The position numbers and the translations under genes are program-made. A DNA stretch of 63,356 bases, filler included, from Rhabdomonas costata (lineage: Eukaryota), in the NCBI GenBank assembly GCA_019059605.1. It is 33 parts of 33 records of this genome, joined end to end, with 100 filler letters (N's around TTAATTAATTAA, not from the genome) between each part and the next. Parts side by side here need not be neighbours in the genome. Positions count along the whole stretch, not along the records: positions 51,930 to 53,748 come from JAHMHO010008577.1; positions 53,849 to 55,669 come from JAHMHO010008578.1; positions 55,770 to 57,591 come from JAHMHO010008579.1; positions 57,692 to 59,514 come from JAHMHO010008580.1; positions 59,615 to 61,435 come from JAHMHO010008581.1; positions 61,536 to 63,356 come from JAHMHO010008582.1; 27 more parts are not named here. One strand, 5' to 3'. The notes under the pieces were generated by a model, which was given only the letters and a program-made list of their open reading frames with translations, made no database searches and was not told where the DNA came from. Of this stretch, positions 52,793 to 63,356 are shown piece by piece. Within the stretch, counting starts at the first letter, position 1. Each line of letters opens with the position of its first letter.

Positions 52793-53166
52793 CAACCCAC
52801 GATTGTGTGCTTGGTTTTGTTGTCTAAACATTGAAAAAAAAAACGGGCCTGTCTAAGCACATGGTCTTTATCGTCTTCCTTAGGTTTCATCTCTTTCTTT
52901 TCATGGGTTAGTCACATTTCTCGGCTTCAAGCACAATATTTTTGCGGGGGGGGGGGTCGCGTAGCGATGTACCCTTGGATTCCAGGCTAGATCCAGGGTC
53001 CCTTTTCAGGGACCCTCCCTGGACTCTTTTTAACCCCTTTTCTGAGAGGTCTCTGCGGGGTTCGACTGGGGAGGTGGTGGGAAGACCGGGTGGCTGTCGA
53101 TCTGCGGAAGTTACGATGCGGTTCTTCTTGACCTCTCTCTCCTGTTTGTTTTTCTTCTTTGTGCAG

Positions 53167-53230
53167 TGTGATGTCATGCCGCACTATTCTGTACTTCGGC
53201 TTCAGCTTTACGGACGACTACCTCAATGAG
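53167..53230 (+). CDS. Exon of a SIR2_2 (SIR2-like, non-sirtuin) domain protein
   Basis: cag|..VMSCRTILYFGFSFTDDYLNE|gt fits the (T)hLFhGhShxD motif. Confidence 0.6.
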
Positions 53231-53848
53231 GTTCACACACACATCAATACGCACACACACACACACTTGTACGGTTCGGGTTCGGCCTTTTCATTCGCTG
53301 GTCTTTTCGGATATCTCTCCGGTGTTGGCGGATCATCACCGGAATTGGGAGGACAAAACGTCTTTTCAACGGCTTGGCTCCATATTCGCCTTTCGGTGTG
53401 TCTCATGAATAATTCCGAAGGACTGGAATCTTTGGTCACCGGACTGGACCTTGCGGGAGAAAAATCACTGACCTCAGAATTTGAGCCAGAATGGCGAGGC
53501 TCATATGCTGGTGTAGGTGACGGATCCGTAAGATCTATGTCTTCTCCGGGGGAACATAAGATCCCAATGTGCACATTTTCGTGCTTTGTTTCTATCCAAC
53601 ATCTCCATTCTCTTTTCTGCTATTAGCACATACCACCTTGGCTTTAACTCTGCAACTTGTGGGAGAAGGCTCTTTGCTTTCGGCGGTGCCTTTTCAGCCA
53701 TCCGGATCTCCTTGGTTTTCAGTGGTTCTCAGTCCGTGTGCTCGTCTTNNNNNNNNNNNNNNNNNNNNNNNNNNNNNNNNNNNNNNNNNNNNTTAATTAA
53801 TTAANNNNNNNNNNNNNNNNNNNNNNNNNNNNNNNNNNNNNNNNNNNN

Positions 53849-55669
53849 TTGTGGGGGTTTTCCCAAACTTGCACTGCAAAAGCCTGTGCACGGTCATACT
53901 GCCAAGTTTGGGAAAACTCCCAGCAACCAAATCCAAGGCCTCCATGAGGACCTCGTATTGTCCGCTCTCGGTGACAGTCATATCTTTTTGCTCTCCGCTG
54001 CATTCTTGCCTTGATGACTGTAAGAAATAGGGCTTCTGGTTATATATTTCTTGCTCAGACCTCTCCTTACCAGGAGGAGAGGGCTTGTAGTAGTCCGTCT
54101 TGTTGCGAAGTTCTCCGACAACTCTTTTGACGGCCGCACCACTCATGTTCATGGTAAGCCTGCTAATTTCCTCCATGAGCTGATGGTAAAAGGAAAGCGC
54201 GTTCACGGCCCCTGGATGTTGCTCAAGACCTTTGGGTGGAGGCTGACTGAGGTTCATCCTCACGATTTCCCTTCGCGCGGCTTTGTCTGGGAACCCCAAG
54301 TAGAGGTGCGTGCTCATCATCCGTCGTATGGCTCTGTTGATCGCCTTACGGCGGCTGGTGGCCCCAAAGAGCAGCAGGTTAGGGATGTCGCTGCCCCCCT
54401 CAAAGAAGTTCAGAATGGCGGTGACCGTCTCCATTGTATAACCCACGTCGAGCCGCCTGGGTACCACACACTCGATCTCGTCGATGCACACCGTGCAAAG
54501 CAGGTGGGGCATTTTATTGGCTCTTGTGAAGATGTCTTTGATCAGCCGAGAAGAGTTTCCCGCAATACACCCGCTCAGATCCCCCGCGGGCAGAATGCTA
54601 TCCGTCACCATGGTCAGGCCACACGTGCTGCACAGCGTCTTGAGTACTGTAGTCTTTCCTGTGCGCGGGGGCCCGAACAGCAGCAGTCCCCTGGGGAACT
54701 GGGAGAGCATATTGTAGTAGTTGCTCATAAAGCCCTCCAGGCTTCTCTGCGCACAAGAAGTTCCAGGAGCCGGTGCTCTTGATCTTGGGGGTGGTGATGC
54801 CACTGGAATACCAGTGGAATAGGTTTAAAGCCGGTTCGCATGAAGTTAAAACACGACATTGCAGGCCAGACACCTCAACCTGAATTTGAACCGAAAAGCA
54901 ACTCAAAACTGGTGCACTTTAGAATTTAACAACCTTCAACGGAAAACATAAAACTCTAAAAACCTCACAATCTTGGAGTGCACTGACAATGCTCCCTTGA
55001 ATGTTTTCGGATTAAAATTACGAAGATTCTCAGTCAGCTGCCATTGCTAACGGTTAGCACTGGAAACGACTATCCCCCCCCCCAGCACACACACAATATC
55101 ATGTCTCTTTTTCTGTAGGCAGTCACCTTCAGCGAATCATTTTTCAAGGTTTTCATCATGTCCTCGAGGCCATCTCGCACACAGCGCTCGTCCAGATAGG
55201 GCAGCAGGTCATCCTTCCGAGCCAAGAAGTAGAAATACCGCCGCACCTTGTGCAGGTCAGCACGGCGAATCATGACGTGGCGGTTACCTCTGTTCTGAAG
55301 GGTTGTACGGGCCCAGCCCGTTGTGGTGCCCTGGGCCGAATCCTGGGGACTTTTTCCAAGGCAACTCTCATCGTGGACAAGCGCGGGCTTAGCGTCCTCG
55401 CAAATCGTCCATCGCTGCGGAAAAGCCTCGCCGTCCTCCCGCACCACTACTACTGCAAGTAAGCCCCAGAGCATGTCAAAGCCATTTTGGCCCCCATAGC
55501 CGACGCCCCCCAATGGCTTGAACGGAAAATACTCCAGGCCTGGGCAACCGTCCAACACACCCGCCGTCAGCTGCGACTTCACTCCTGCGACAATTACATC
55601 GTGCTCCTCGTCCGATTCCGTGAGGCTTTTGAAATGATCCAGAGAGATGGAGTCATTTCAAAAGCCACA
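53849..55669 (-). CDS. Divergent classical (CDC48-type) AAA+ ATPase, partial and possibly a pseudogene; exons 55669-55127, 54879-53849
   Basis: GGLYEQL..PRGLLLFGPPRTGKT, Walker B VCIDEIE, GATSR, LYLGFPD..AR.EI; 1-nt frameshift near 54695. Confidence 0.75.
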
Positions 55670-55891
55670 NNNNNNNNNNNNNNNNNNNNNNNNNNNNNNN
55701 NNNNNNNNNNNNNTTAATTAATTAANNNNNNNNNNNNNNNNNNNNNNNNNNNNNNNNNNNNNNNNNNNNCAACAGAATCGCCCTCTAGCCTCGCCAAAGA
55801 GTAACACTTCGTGCCGGGCCAACTTCGGGTGATTTCCAGTGGTTTTTGGGAACTATGCCCAGAAAAAGCCAACTGGTTTCTATAGATGCAT

Positions 55892-55955
55892 ACAATGCAG
55901 ATAATGCAGATAATGCAGATAATGCAGATAATGCAGATAAGTGCAGATAATAAGC
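55892..55955 (+). repeat. 9-bp tandem repeat (ATAATGCAG)n
   Basis: About six to seven consecutive units, degenerate at the ends. Confidence 0.9.
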
Positions 55956-56658
55956 GCAGAACTGATTTCAACCTTTCCCGGGCGAGCGAGGGGGGGACCT
56001 TGCACTTCACCTCGGCCTTTCCACTTTAAAACCTCTTTGGCTGCCCAAATGTCAACAGCACGCACACCGCACACCCCATCCAAGCCCTCTTCCTTCCACA
56101 GAAGCTCCACAAAGACTTCTAACAGACAGCAATGAGGTCAAATGTGAGTTTGCAGGACCAAAACCACGACCTTGGGAGACCGTTCCCCACGTCTCGCCCA
56201 TGCATGCACCCCAAAAATGAAAGAGAAGGCAAAAGCTGCCAGTACCACAGGATTCCAGTATTCCAAGGTCACCCGCTTACAGCAGGGGCCATCCACCAAA
56301 GTGAAGCAACCCACACCGGCACAGCACAACAAAGCACAGAGCAACAAGGGCACATCACAGCACAGCAGCACACCGTGCAACGCAAATGCAATGCAGAGCA
56401 AAACAAACCGTCTCTAGTGTACATGGACAGCAAAAAGTGAATAAGACGAGAGCACAGGCACCGTCCTTCTCCCAAGCAGCCCCACATGAATGCTTTCTGC
56501 GGGGAGTCAGACGTGTGCGCCATCTCTGAGCGGGGGATGAGGGTGACTAGGCGGCGACCTCACCTCCCAGCTTATTTCCACTTCCCAACAAACAACGAGA
56601 GAACATCGAGAGCACGTCAGTGTGCAACGACAACGGCTTGAATTAAGGGAATGGAAGC

Positions 56659-57450
56659 TCAGCCCTCGTCAGGAATTCCCAGCTGCTTTTGGTATTCCAT
56701 TAGCTGCTGCAAGAAGCTCTCGTTAGGTTGGGCAGCAGGCCGTCTCTATGGTCAAAAGAGCCCAGACCTCAGGACACACCTGGCCAGAGGTGCCCTCACA
56801 GAGCAACTACCGAAGTGTGTATGCGTGTGGAAATTCCTCAAACTGCTTTCGCTGGTGGTAGATCAACAATGAGGTCAATTTTTCTCACATCAGTTTTGCT
56901 CGCTTGCCAATTAAAAACTTAAGCATGGCGATGATAACGTGGGATCTAGGAACCACTATTCATGCAAGAATACTGGGCACCAACCAGTCAATGCAGCAGA
57001 CAGTGTCCACTGTAATCCTACGCAGAGAGGCAGACGTCAACACCTGCGTATACTTTCAGGTTATGAGGCACACATACGCCCCGCACACGAACAGCATGCT
57101 CTCAAGTTTGGTCGCCTAAAAAAGAACCAGCCACACAGACCTCTCGGACGAAGGCCAGGGCTCTGTTCAGGGGCCAGCGGAAGGTCTTGATGAGGTAGGC
57201 ACAGACCAGGGAGGCCGACCGGGAGATCCCAGCGAAGCAGTGAACTAGGGCCTTCTGATCCGCATCGCTGGCCTCTTGGAGAAAAGCCACTCCTTCGTCA
57301 AAAGAGTGCGCGATAGATTCCCCGAGCATGTCCGAGACCACCAAGGTGAGGTGCTTCATCCCCGGGGCGATGACCACGGCGAGGTTCCGGCCGCAGGTAA
57401 GAACATTTTGGATCCCGAGTTCGGAGTACACCTGGGGGTCTTGCGCCGTC
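56659..57450 (-). CDS. Dual-specificity protein phosphatase, last two exons 57450-57141 and 56745-56659
   Basis: Catalytic VHCFAGISRSA, AYLI, R.P.A.PN.SF.QQL followed by TGA. Confidence 0.93.
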
Positions 57451-59654
57451 CTGAAAGGGGCATACACACCCACACACGCACACACGCACACACACTGAAT
57501 TGTGCGGAAGAACGTCCTTTCGCGGAGTTGACCAGGGGGATGTTTTTATGTAATGGTCCAGCGTGTTCTACCTTCTCGCAGTAACAACCACNNNNNNNNN
57601 NNNNNNNNNNNNNNNNNNNNNNNNNNNNNNNNNNNTTAATTAATTAANNNNNNNNNNNNNNNNNNNNNNNNNNNNNNNNNNNNNNNNNNNNGTTTTGTAG
57701 TTATTTGTGTTGGGGACCGATGGCCTCTCACATTAAGTGGCAGAAACTGCATGGGGGCGGCACCAAATGAAAACAGCATTCAAATACATCTAGCATTAGT
57801 GGGAAAGAGAATGTCATATTGATTGGCCTGTGGTGGAGGAAGTCTCTGGAACCAATCTAATTCAAGCTCTGTTATTCAGCGTCAACCTGTAACCAGAAGT
57901 TCGCAAGGCAGTATTGGCACTTTCAACTAATGTCACGGGTACAAAACAACTGTCATGAACGAGCCGGGGAAGGCTCGAACACAAATGTCTCACATATACG
58001 AGCAATTCAGTTTCCCCACCAGGTGCCACTACCGTGAGGGCATGCGGAACAACGGGGGTGGGGGGAAGCACGTCACAGGACACAACACCGCCAAGGTACA
58101 GTCAAGAGACTTTGTACATAGCTCATATTGACAGATGGGAAAGAAGCGCGAGCACAGTGCAAAGGCGGTGAGCAGTCCGAAAGAGGCGAGCTATGAGGAT
58201 TTAGGGCTGAAAAAATTTTCCCGAAATTGCTTCCAAACTGCACCAAGCATAAAGGCCTCCGGAAGTGGGATGGATAAAAGGGATAAACAGGGTTTACTTC
58301 AGACATCCGCGTATCATTGATTAGGTGCGTAAACCTAACTATGACGATAACCCTCCCCTCTTATTCTGTATTTTCCTTACGGGTAAAAGTCTTCAGGGCT
58401 CGCGTCATGACCCGCTCCACCACAAAAACAACGAAGGAATGGAAAAAGGCACACAGGCAGCCGAAGCAGCTAAGCAGGCGGGAGACATTGGAGGTCTACC
58501 GCACGCTGCAGCCCGGTTTCCAGGTTTTTGCCATGTGGATTCAAGGATTCGCCATCCGGATTCAAGGATCAGTCAAAGGTGTCGAAGGGCAGCTCTTTCC
58601 ACAGAATTCGGGAACGATATCCAACACTGCAGGGAAGAATATGGGAAAACTTACGCTCATCGTTCCAAACATGCTTCGGCCAAAAATCTTCGCAAGTTGA
58701 CCAGAGTCACTCGACTGAGATGAATGATCCAAAGTGCGATGGAAGGGGGACAGAAGCAAGCAACTTAAGCACTCAGAGTTCTCTGCAATGGATGTCTCAA
58801 TCAAAACAAAATCGCAAAAAACGAAGAGTTACTCCACATGACATAGCACAAGGTGTCACCGCATACTCGTCTTTGCGCTCTTTCAGAGTCTCGAGGACGT
58901 GCCTGATCTCCCCAAAGAGGTTCTTTGCAATTCTGCACTTGTCCTTTCTGAAATTGACATCAAAATAATGGACAGCGCATGGGCACCAACAACATGCAAC
59001 ACGCTGCCAAGTTAACAGTGATAACCCTTCTTTTCTCGCGTGTCCTTTTCGCTGCTCCAACGCGCAAAAAACTAGAAAGGGAAGGGAGGGGAGAAAAGGG
59101 ACCTGGGATTCCATCAACGAAATGAAACGAAACGAGCATCCACTGTTCAACACAAAATACGCTCGAAGTTCCAAAACGGCAGTTGGTCGTCGTCAGAGTA
59201 TGATTGCATCCAGACCTGGCCACCAATTTTTTGGTGGAGCTGTGCAGTGACGCAAAAATTATAGCAGCATAATGTTTCGGGTCCTTTTCAGGGTGCACCC
59301 ATATCTGCACAACTCCGAAAACGGAGGTGTCAGCTTGTGAAAAATATCGCCATGGACACGTTTCTGTAGATAACCAGAAACCAGAAACAAAAGGATTGTA
59401 ACTCCTAGAACAAGAGAAAAGCAGATATTAATAAGGTGAGTGGACCTGCTGCAGGAAGTCGGGCACGCCATGGGAGGGGCTCTGCCCCAGGTAGTCCACC
59501 AGCTCCACGAGGACNNNNNNNNNNNNNNNNNNNNNNNNNNNNNNNNNNNNNNNNNNNNTTAATTAATTAANNNNNNNNNNNNNNNNNNNNNNNNNNNNNN
59601 NNNNNNNNNNNNNNTTTTTTTGGTCGAACTGGGCGCGTTCGTTTTCTCAGTCAG

Positions 59655-59965
59655 GTTAGGGTCTGCGGGTCTGTTGGACAAGGTCGGTGGTGACGCGACT
59701 GCACGAATCACTAAAGCACAGCTCAGGGGGCTTGCACAGTTGGGAGGGGGGGGCGCCCTCTAACGGCCGTTAGACGGGCGTTACACGTCTAACATCGTTA
59801 GACGTCTAACGCTGTTTGACGTTAGACACACGTGTCCCCTGGGATTCCAACAGAAGGGGCGCGGGTTACACGTTTACCTTAGAGTGGCACAGCGCGGTTC
59901 CAGTGGCGGTCCCACTGACAAAAGCTGTAGTGATGGATGCTAAGCTATGGCGTAAACCAGTTGGA
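59655..59965 (+). mobile_element. Second copy of the decayed coding repeat at 21950-22250 (possible DIRS-like RT/RNase H)
   Basis: Shared blocks gggtctgcgg, ggacaaggtcggt, aagcacagctcagg, gagtggcacagcgc, tagtgatggatgcta.gctatgg. Confidence 0.5.
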
Positions 59966-61009
59966 AAAATCTTTTTTGCGCAAGCGAGTGACGTGGGAAC
60001 CAAAAGTGAGAATGTTTCCTCATTGGGAAGCAACGAGAAGCAGAAAGGGATCATCGCAATGCCTATCCAAAAAAAAAATTGTGGAAAGAAGGGCGCAGGA
60101 GACAGCAGGATGGAAGGACCGATGAAGGAGAGAGGGTGGGGGACATCTACTATTTCCCGGCCTCTGCGGGCTCATCCCTCCAAGCCTCACAATTAATCTT
60201 CATTTGTCCTCATCTCATTTTCTACTCGAGAGAACTGGACTGTGTGGGCTGCGCTTGGGTTGCATTACCCCGTAGTTTCTTCTCTGCAAACGGAGCCGTG
60301 GGGCGGGTTGTTGACATTTCCTCTCGCGCGCGTATGCACAGGCTCTGCGATCTCCGCGGTCGTCGAGCCCCGGAAAAGGCATGCCCCATTCCACCGCCCC
60401 AAAACATGTGCAGGTTTCCATGCGGGACCAGTACATCACAGTTGGCAACCAATCACGTTTACACGCTTGCACTCTAACACTTCAAACACTGAGCAATTGA
60501 AAACCCGTTGACACCTTTTGTCTTCGCGCAGCGTCGTTCCTGACGCTTGCTCATCCCCGTTATGGGGCCATTGGGGCGGTGGGTGTTAACCGGTTTGACA
60601 ACGTTTTGCGGTGAGGTAGACAACCTGAAATGAAACTATGAAATATGGAAAGACACAGGAAAAAACCCACCGGAAATCCGCCTTCGTGTGTCGCTTTTGG
60701 AGGCATCACCACGAAAACTCCTCCACTTTCTCTAGATCCAGACAATGTCCCCGCCTCAGCCGCCCGCTCCGGCGCGGAGACCGCAGACTGTCCTCCGGGG
60801 CGCTGGCCTTAGCCACTAAAATGACACTGTCCCTTTTTTTTTGGGGGGGGGGCAACACCTGGGAACCTTTCATTGCTCTTCCCGAGCAGAGACGCTGAAG
60901 TCCGCCCTTCAACACCAAAATACCGAGGAAAGGTTCCGCAATGTAAAATTCCTAGTCTCGTAACAGCAATCTAAAGCAAAAATGCCTCAAAACGCCCGTT
61001 ATCATACGC

Positions 61010-61435
61010 GCGAATGGTCTCTAGTGCTCCTGGGTGGTGATTTCTCACTGACAAGCCCGACAATGTCTGTCCGCCTGCGTGATACACGGGTGATGCGAGT
61101 GCAGAGAAAAGTTGTGGGACCTCTACGATGCTATGGGTCGTGGAGGACCCCGGCCTGGTGGTTCCAGAGTTCTTGGTTCACAACTGTTTCTCGCTGACGG
61201 GTGACGCATCACGGCAGGGGGCCTGCGTGCAGGCATTCACCGCCCTTTGGGAGGTTACCTTCCCTGCATCATCCAAACGCAAGCATTCAAGGGGCAAAAG
61301 GGAAGAATTGGAGGCGGGACATTTGCTGGCTGTGTGGGTTTCAGAAGGTTACACGACGTGTACGTGTTGACACTCTTGAAGAAGCCGCGTCACTCTGGCG
61401 ATATCTGGCTCTTGGCTCTTTAGGACACACAACCC
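61010..61435 (+). mobile_element. Possible LINE apurinic endonuclease (APE) domain relic
   Basis: VLLGGDF followed by WDLYDA and an SR-containing segment across frameshifts; weak similarity. Confidence 0.35.
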
Positions 61436-61535
61436 NNNNNNNNNNNNNNNNNNNNNNNNNNNNNNNNNNNNNNNNNNNNTTAATTAATTAANNNNNNNNN
61501 NNNNNNNNNNNNNNNNNNNNNNNNNNNNNNNNNNN

Positions 61536-63356
61536 GTTGTTGGTGAAGAATGTGATTGCATTCAACGGACAAAAATCATCACACAACCTTAACTTCGCAT
61601 TCACATTCTTTACCAACAGCACTCCCGCACCGTACGGAGATGTGGCTGGCTCAATGAATACTAGCTCTTGCAAATTCTTAAGCTGCTTCTGTCGCTCCAC
61701 ATCTTCCGATGGTGACATCCTATACAACCTTTGCGCTGTGATATTGATTTCCGGCGTCAGATCAATCCTGTGATCCGTCTTCCTCTCTGGCGGCAAACCA
61801 CCTGAAACTTTCTCTGGAAAGATGTCTGCGAAGTCCATATTCAACTCCTCAATCTCTGGTGGTTTCGCTCACACACTGTGGTCCACCTTTTTGATCAGCT
61901 TCTACACCTCTTTCCTTGGAGAATTCCGCAACTTTCCCTTCGTCTTCAATTTTGGCATTGTGCTCTTGTCACTTCTCGCTAACATTCCTCCGTAGGCACG
62001 ACTTCGTCAACTCACATCCTGCTGCTCCTTTGTTACCAATCATATCTTGGAGCACTGAAATCTTGGCGTGAAGGCACTACAAACACCTTCACCAGTCTCC
62101 CTCCGCTTAGTCTCAACCGCTTGATCAGACCGTGAACTCTCACCTGCTAAACTGAGCACGGGGACCTTCACATTCTCAGAGGGGGCGCCACCTCAATCCA
62201 AATCCTCCCCCTTCACCCTGATACTGTTTTTTACCATCCTCCAACTCAGCTTCCAACATTCCCGTTGTGGGCAATGTGATACGAAAAGAGTCTGCTGCTG
62301 GAAGTGCCTGGATCTCGTATATCCTCCGCTTTCTCCAAACATGCACCAACCTATTCCGCAAATCAATGTGTGGCTGCAATCTTGCCAGGAATGTGTACGC
62401 CAGTACCACTGTGATCGCTGTCTTAATTACTCGTAGGTGTAACTTCACTGGCATCCGTCACAACCTGGCCTGAACTCAAACAAAGTGCGTCAACGGCCAA
62501 CGTTACACATTGTCTAATCTCACTGTCAACTTCTGCTGTATGTGGTGAAACCTCAAGTCACCAACAACATCTTGACTAGTAAAAGAGTCAGACGCACCTG
62601 AGTCGATCAAGGCTCGCACTTGTTTAGTACCAATCACCAAAGGTAGGAACAACAACTGCTGATGGGGGGGCGGGTTGGGAAAATCTTCAACTTCAAGCAA
62701 GCCACTCCTCTACAGATCTGTCCTCTGAAACGGCAATACAAACAACGGTAATTAACCACCACGAATGCTGGAAACAGATCTGCTCTCTTTATCAGGCCAA
62801 CTCTGACTAAGCCATACGAAATCATCTTCCCCTTTCGAATTACACAACAAAACCACATCTCTGCTCATAGAAAGGCTCTCCCGGTGTTCCAGGCTGAACA
62901 AATCTCATTCTGTAAACTGAACTCCGATCTGAGAGAGACTTCTCAATATGTACAAAGCGCTCTGGGATCCACCAAAAGCTGGCCAAACATCTCCTGCAAC
63001 TCCCATTGTTGACTTGCCTTCCACTACGAAATGCTTTCCCTAAATCGCACTGCTTACCTGTTCAAACTTTTACTCCACATTGACGTCTTTTATTTCACCG
63101 TCAGCTCTCCATTCTCAACCGAAATCACAGCAATCTAAGGATCTCCATGAACTCCTGACTTCGTAACCTCTTCTGGGGGGGCTGCTGCTTGCGACTCCGT
63201 TAGCAATACACTTAACGCTTGCATGTGCTGTGACATCTCCAACTGATCGCTTTCGCAAATCTTTCGCAAATCTTGATCAACTAAGTGCGAATCTTCCAAT
63301 CTCTCGGTTGGGGAAAGAGGCATATATTGCGACCAAGGTCTACCTTCCAAAACCCC
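61536..63356 (-). mobile_element. Ty3/Gypsy retrotransposon relic: gag-like region, aspartic protease, start of RT
   Basis: VRALIDSGASDSF; FADIFP..GLPPER..DHRIDL..LYRMSP..FIEPATSPYGA.VL.V..KLRLC.D...LNAIT; stops and frameshifts. Confidence 0.9.

Noticed and set aside
53167..55669. SIR2-like exon plus AAA ATPase as a Sir2-ATPase defence pair
   Set aside because: Separated by an artificial spacer; no evidence of linkage
58856..59514. Three-exon gene model in contig 31
   Set aside because: The middle candidate exon overlaps a dispersed repeat and needs a GC donor; no family recognised

Overview
This is not contiguous DNA. It is a pseudo-scaffold of 33 unrelated ~1.82 kb contigs joined by artificial 100-bp spacers (N44-TTAATTAATTAA-N44), so neighbouring contigs carry no synteny information. 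The source is a eukaryote with short exons and GT-AG introns. A euglenid or other euglenozoan is the best inference, from several class III cyclases, a CRE-like retroelement and an AG just before every recognisable start codon. G/T-only contig starts, A/C-only ends, two near-copies of the GenomePlex-type primer and terminal fold-back hairpins indicate whole-genome amplification (WGA). Recognisable gene fragments: prolyl-tRNA synthetase, HIS3, QNG1, phospholipase B-like, midasin-like and CDC48-type AAA ATPases, GalE-like, a dual-specificity phosphatase, a CNG/EAG-type channel, three cyclases, PstS-like, F-box/LRR, ZZ-finger, GRDP-like, SIR2_2-like, MDR and a glycosyltransferase. Decayed mobile elements include CRE, Ty3/Gypsy, Tc1/mariner and probable DIRS-like and LINE relics. 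The most notable items are an intronless, twice-frameshifted bacterial-type NAD-dependent DNA ligase fused to unrelated DNA, a GRDP-like protein with a (Gly-Cys-Arg)n exon, a SIR2_2-like exon beside a duplicated micro-exon cassette, and several repeats shared between contigs. No multi-gene system can be supported from fragments this short. All family calls come from motif recognition by eye, not from database searches.
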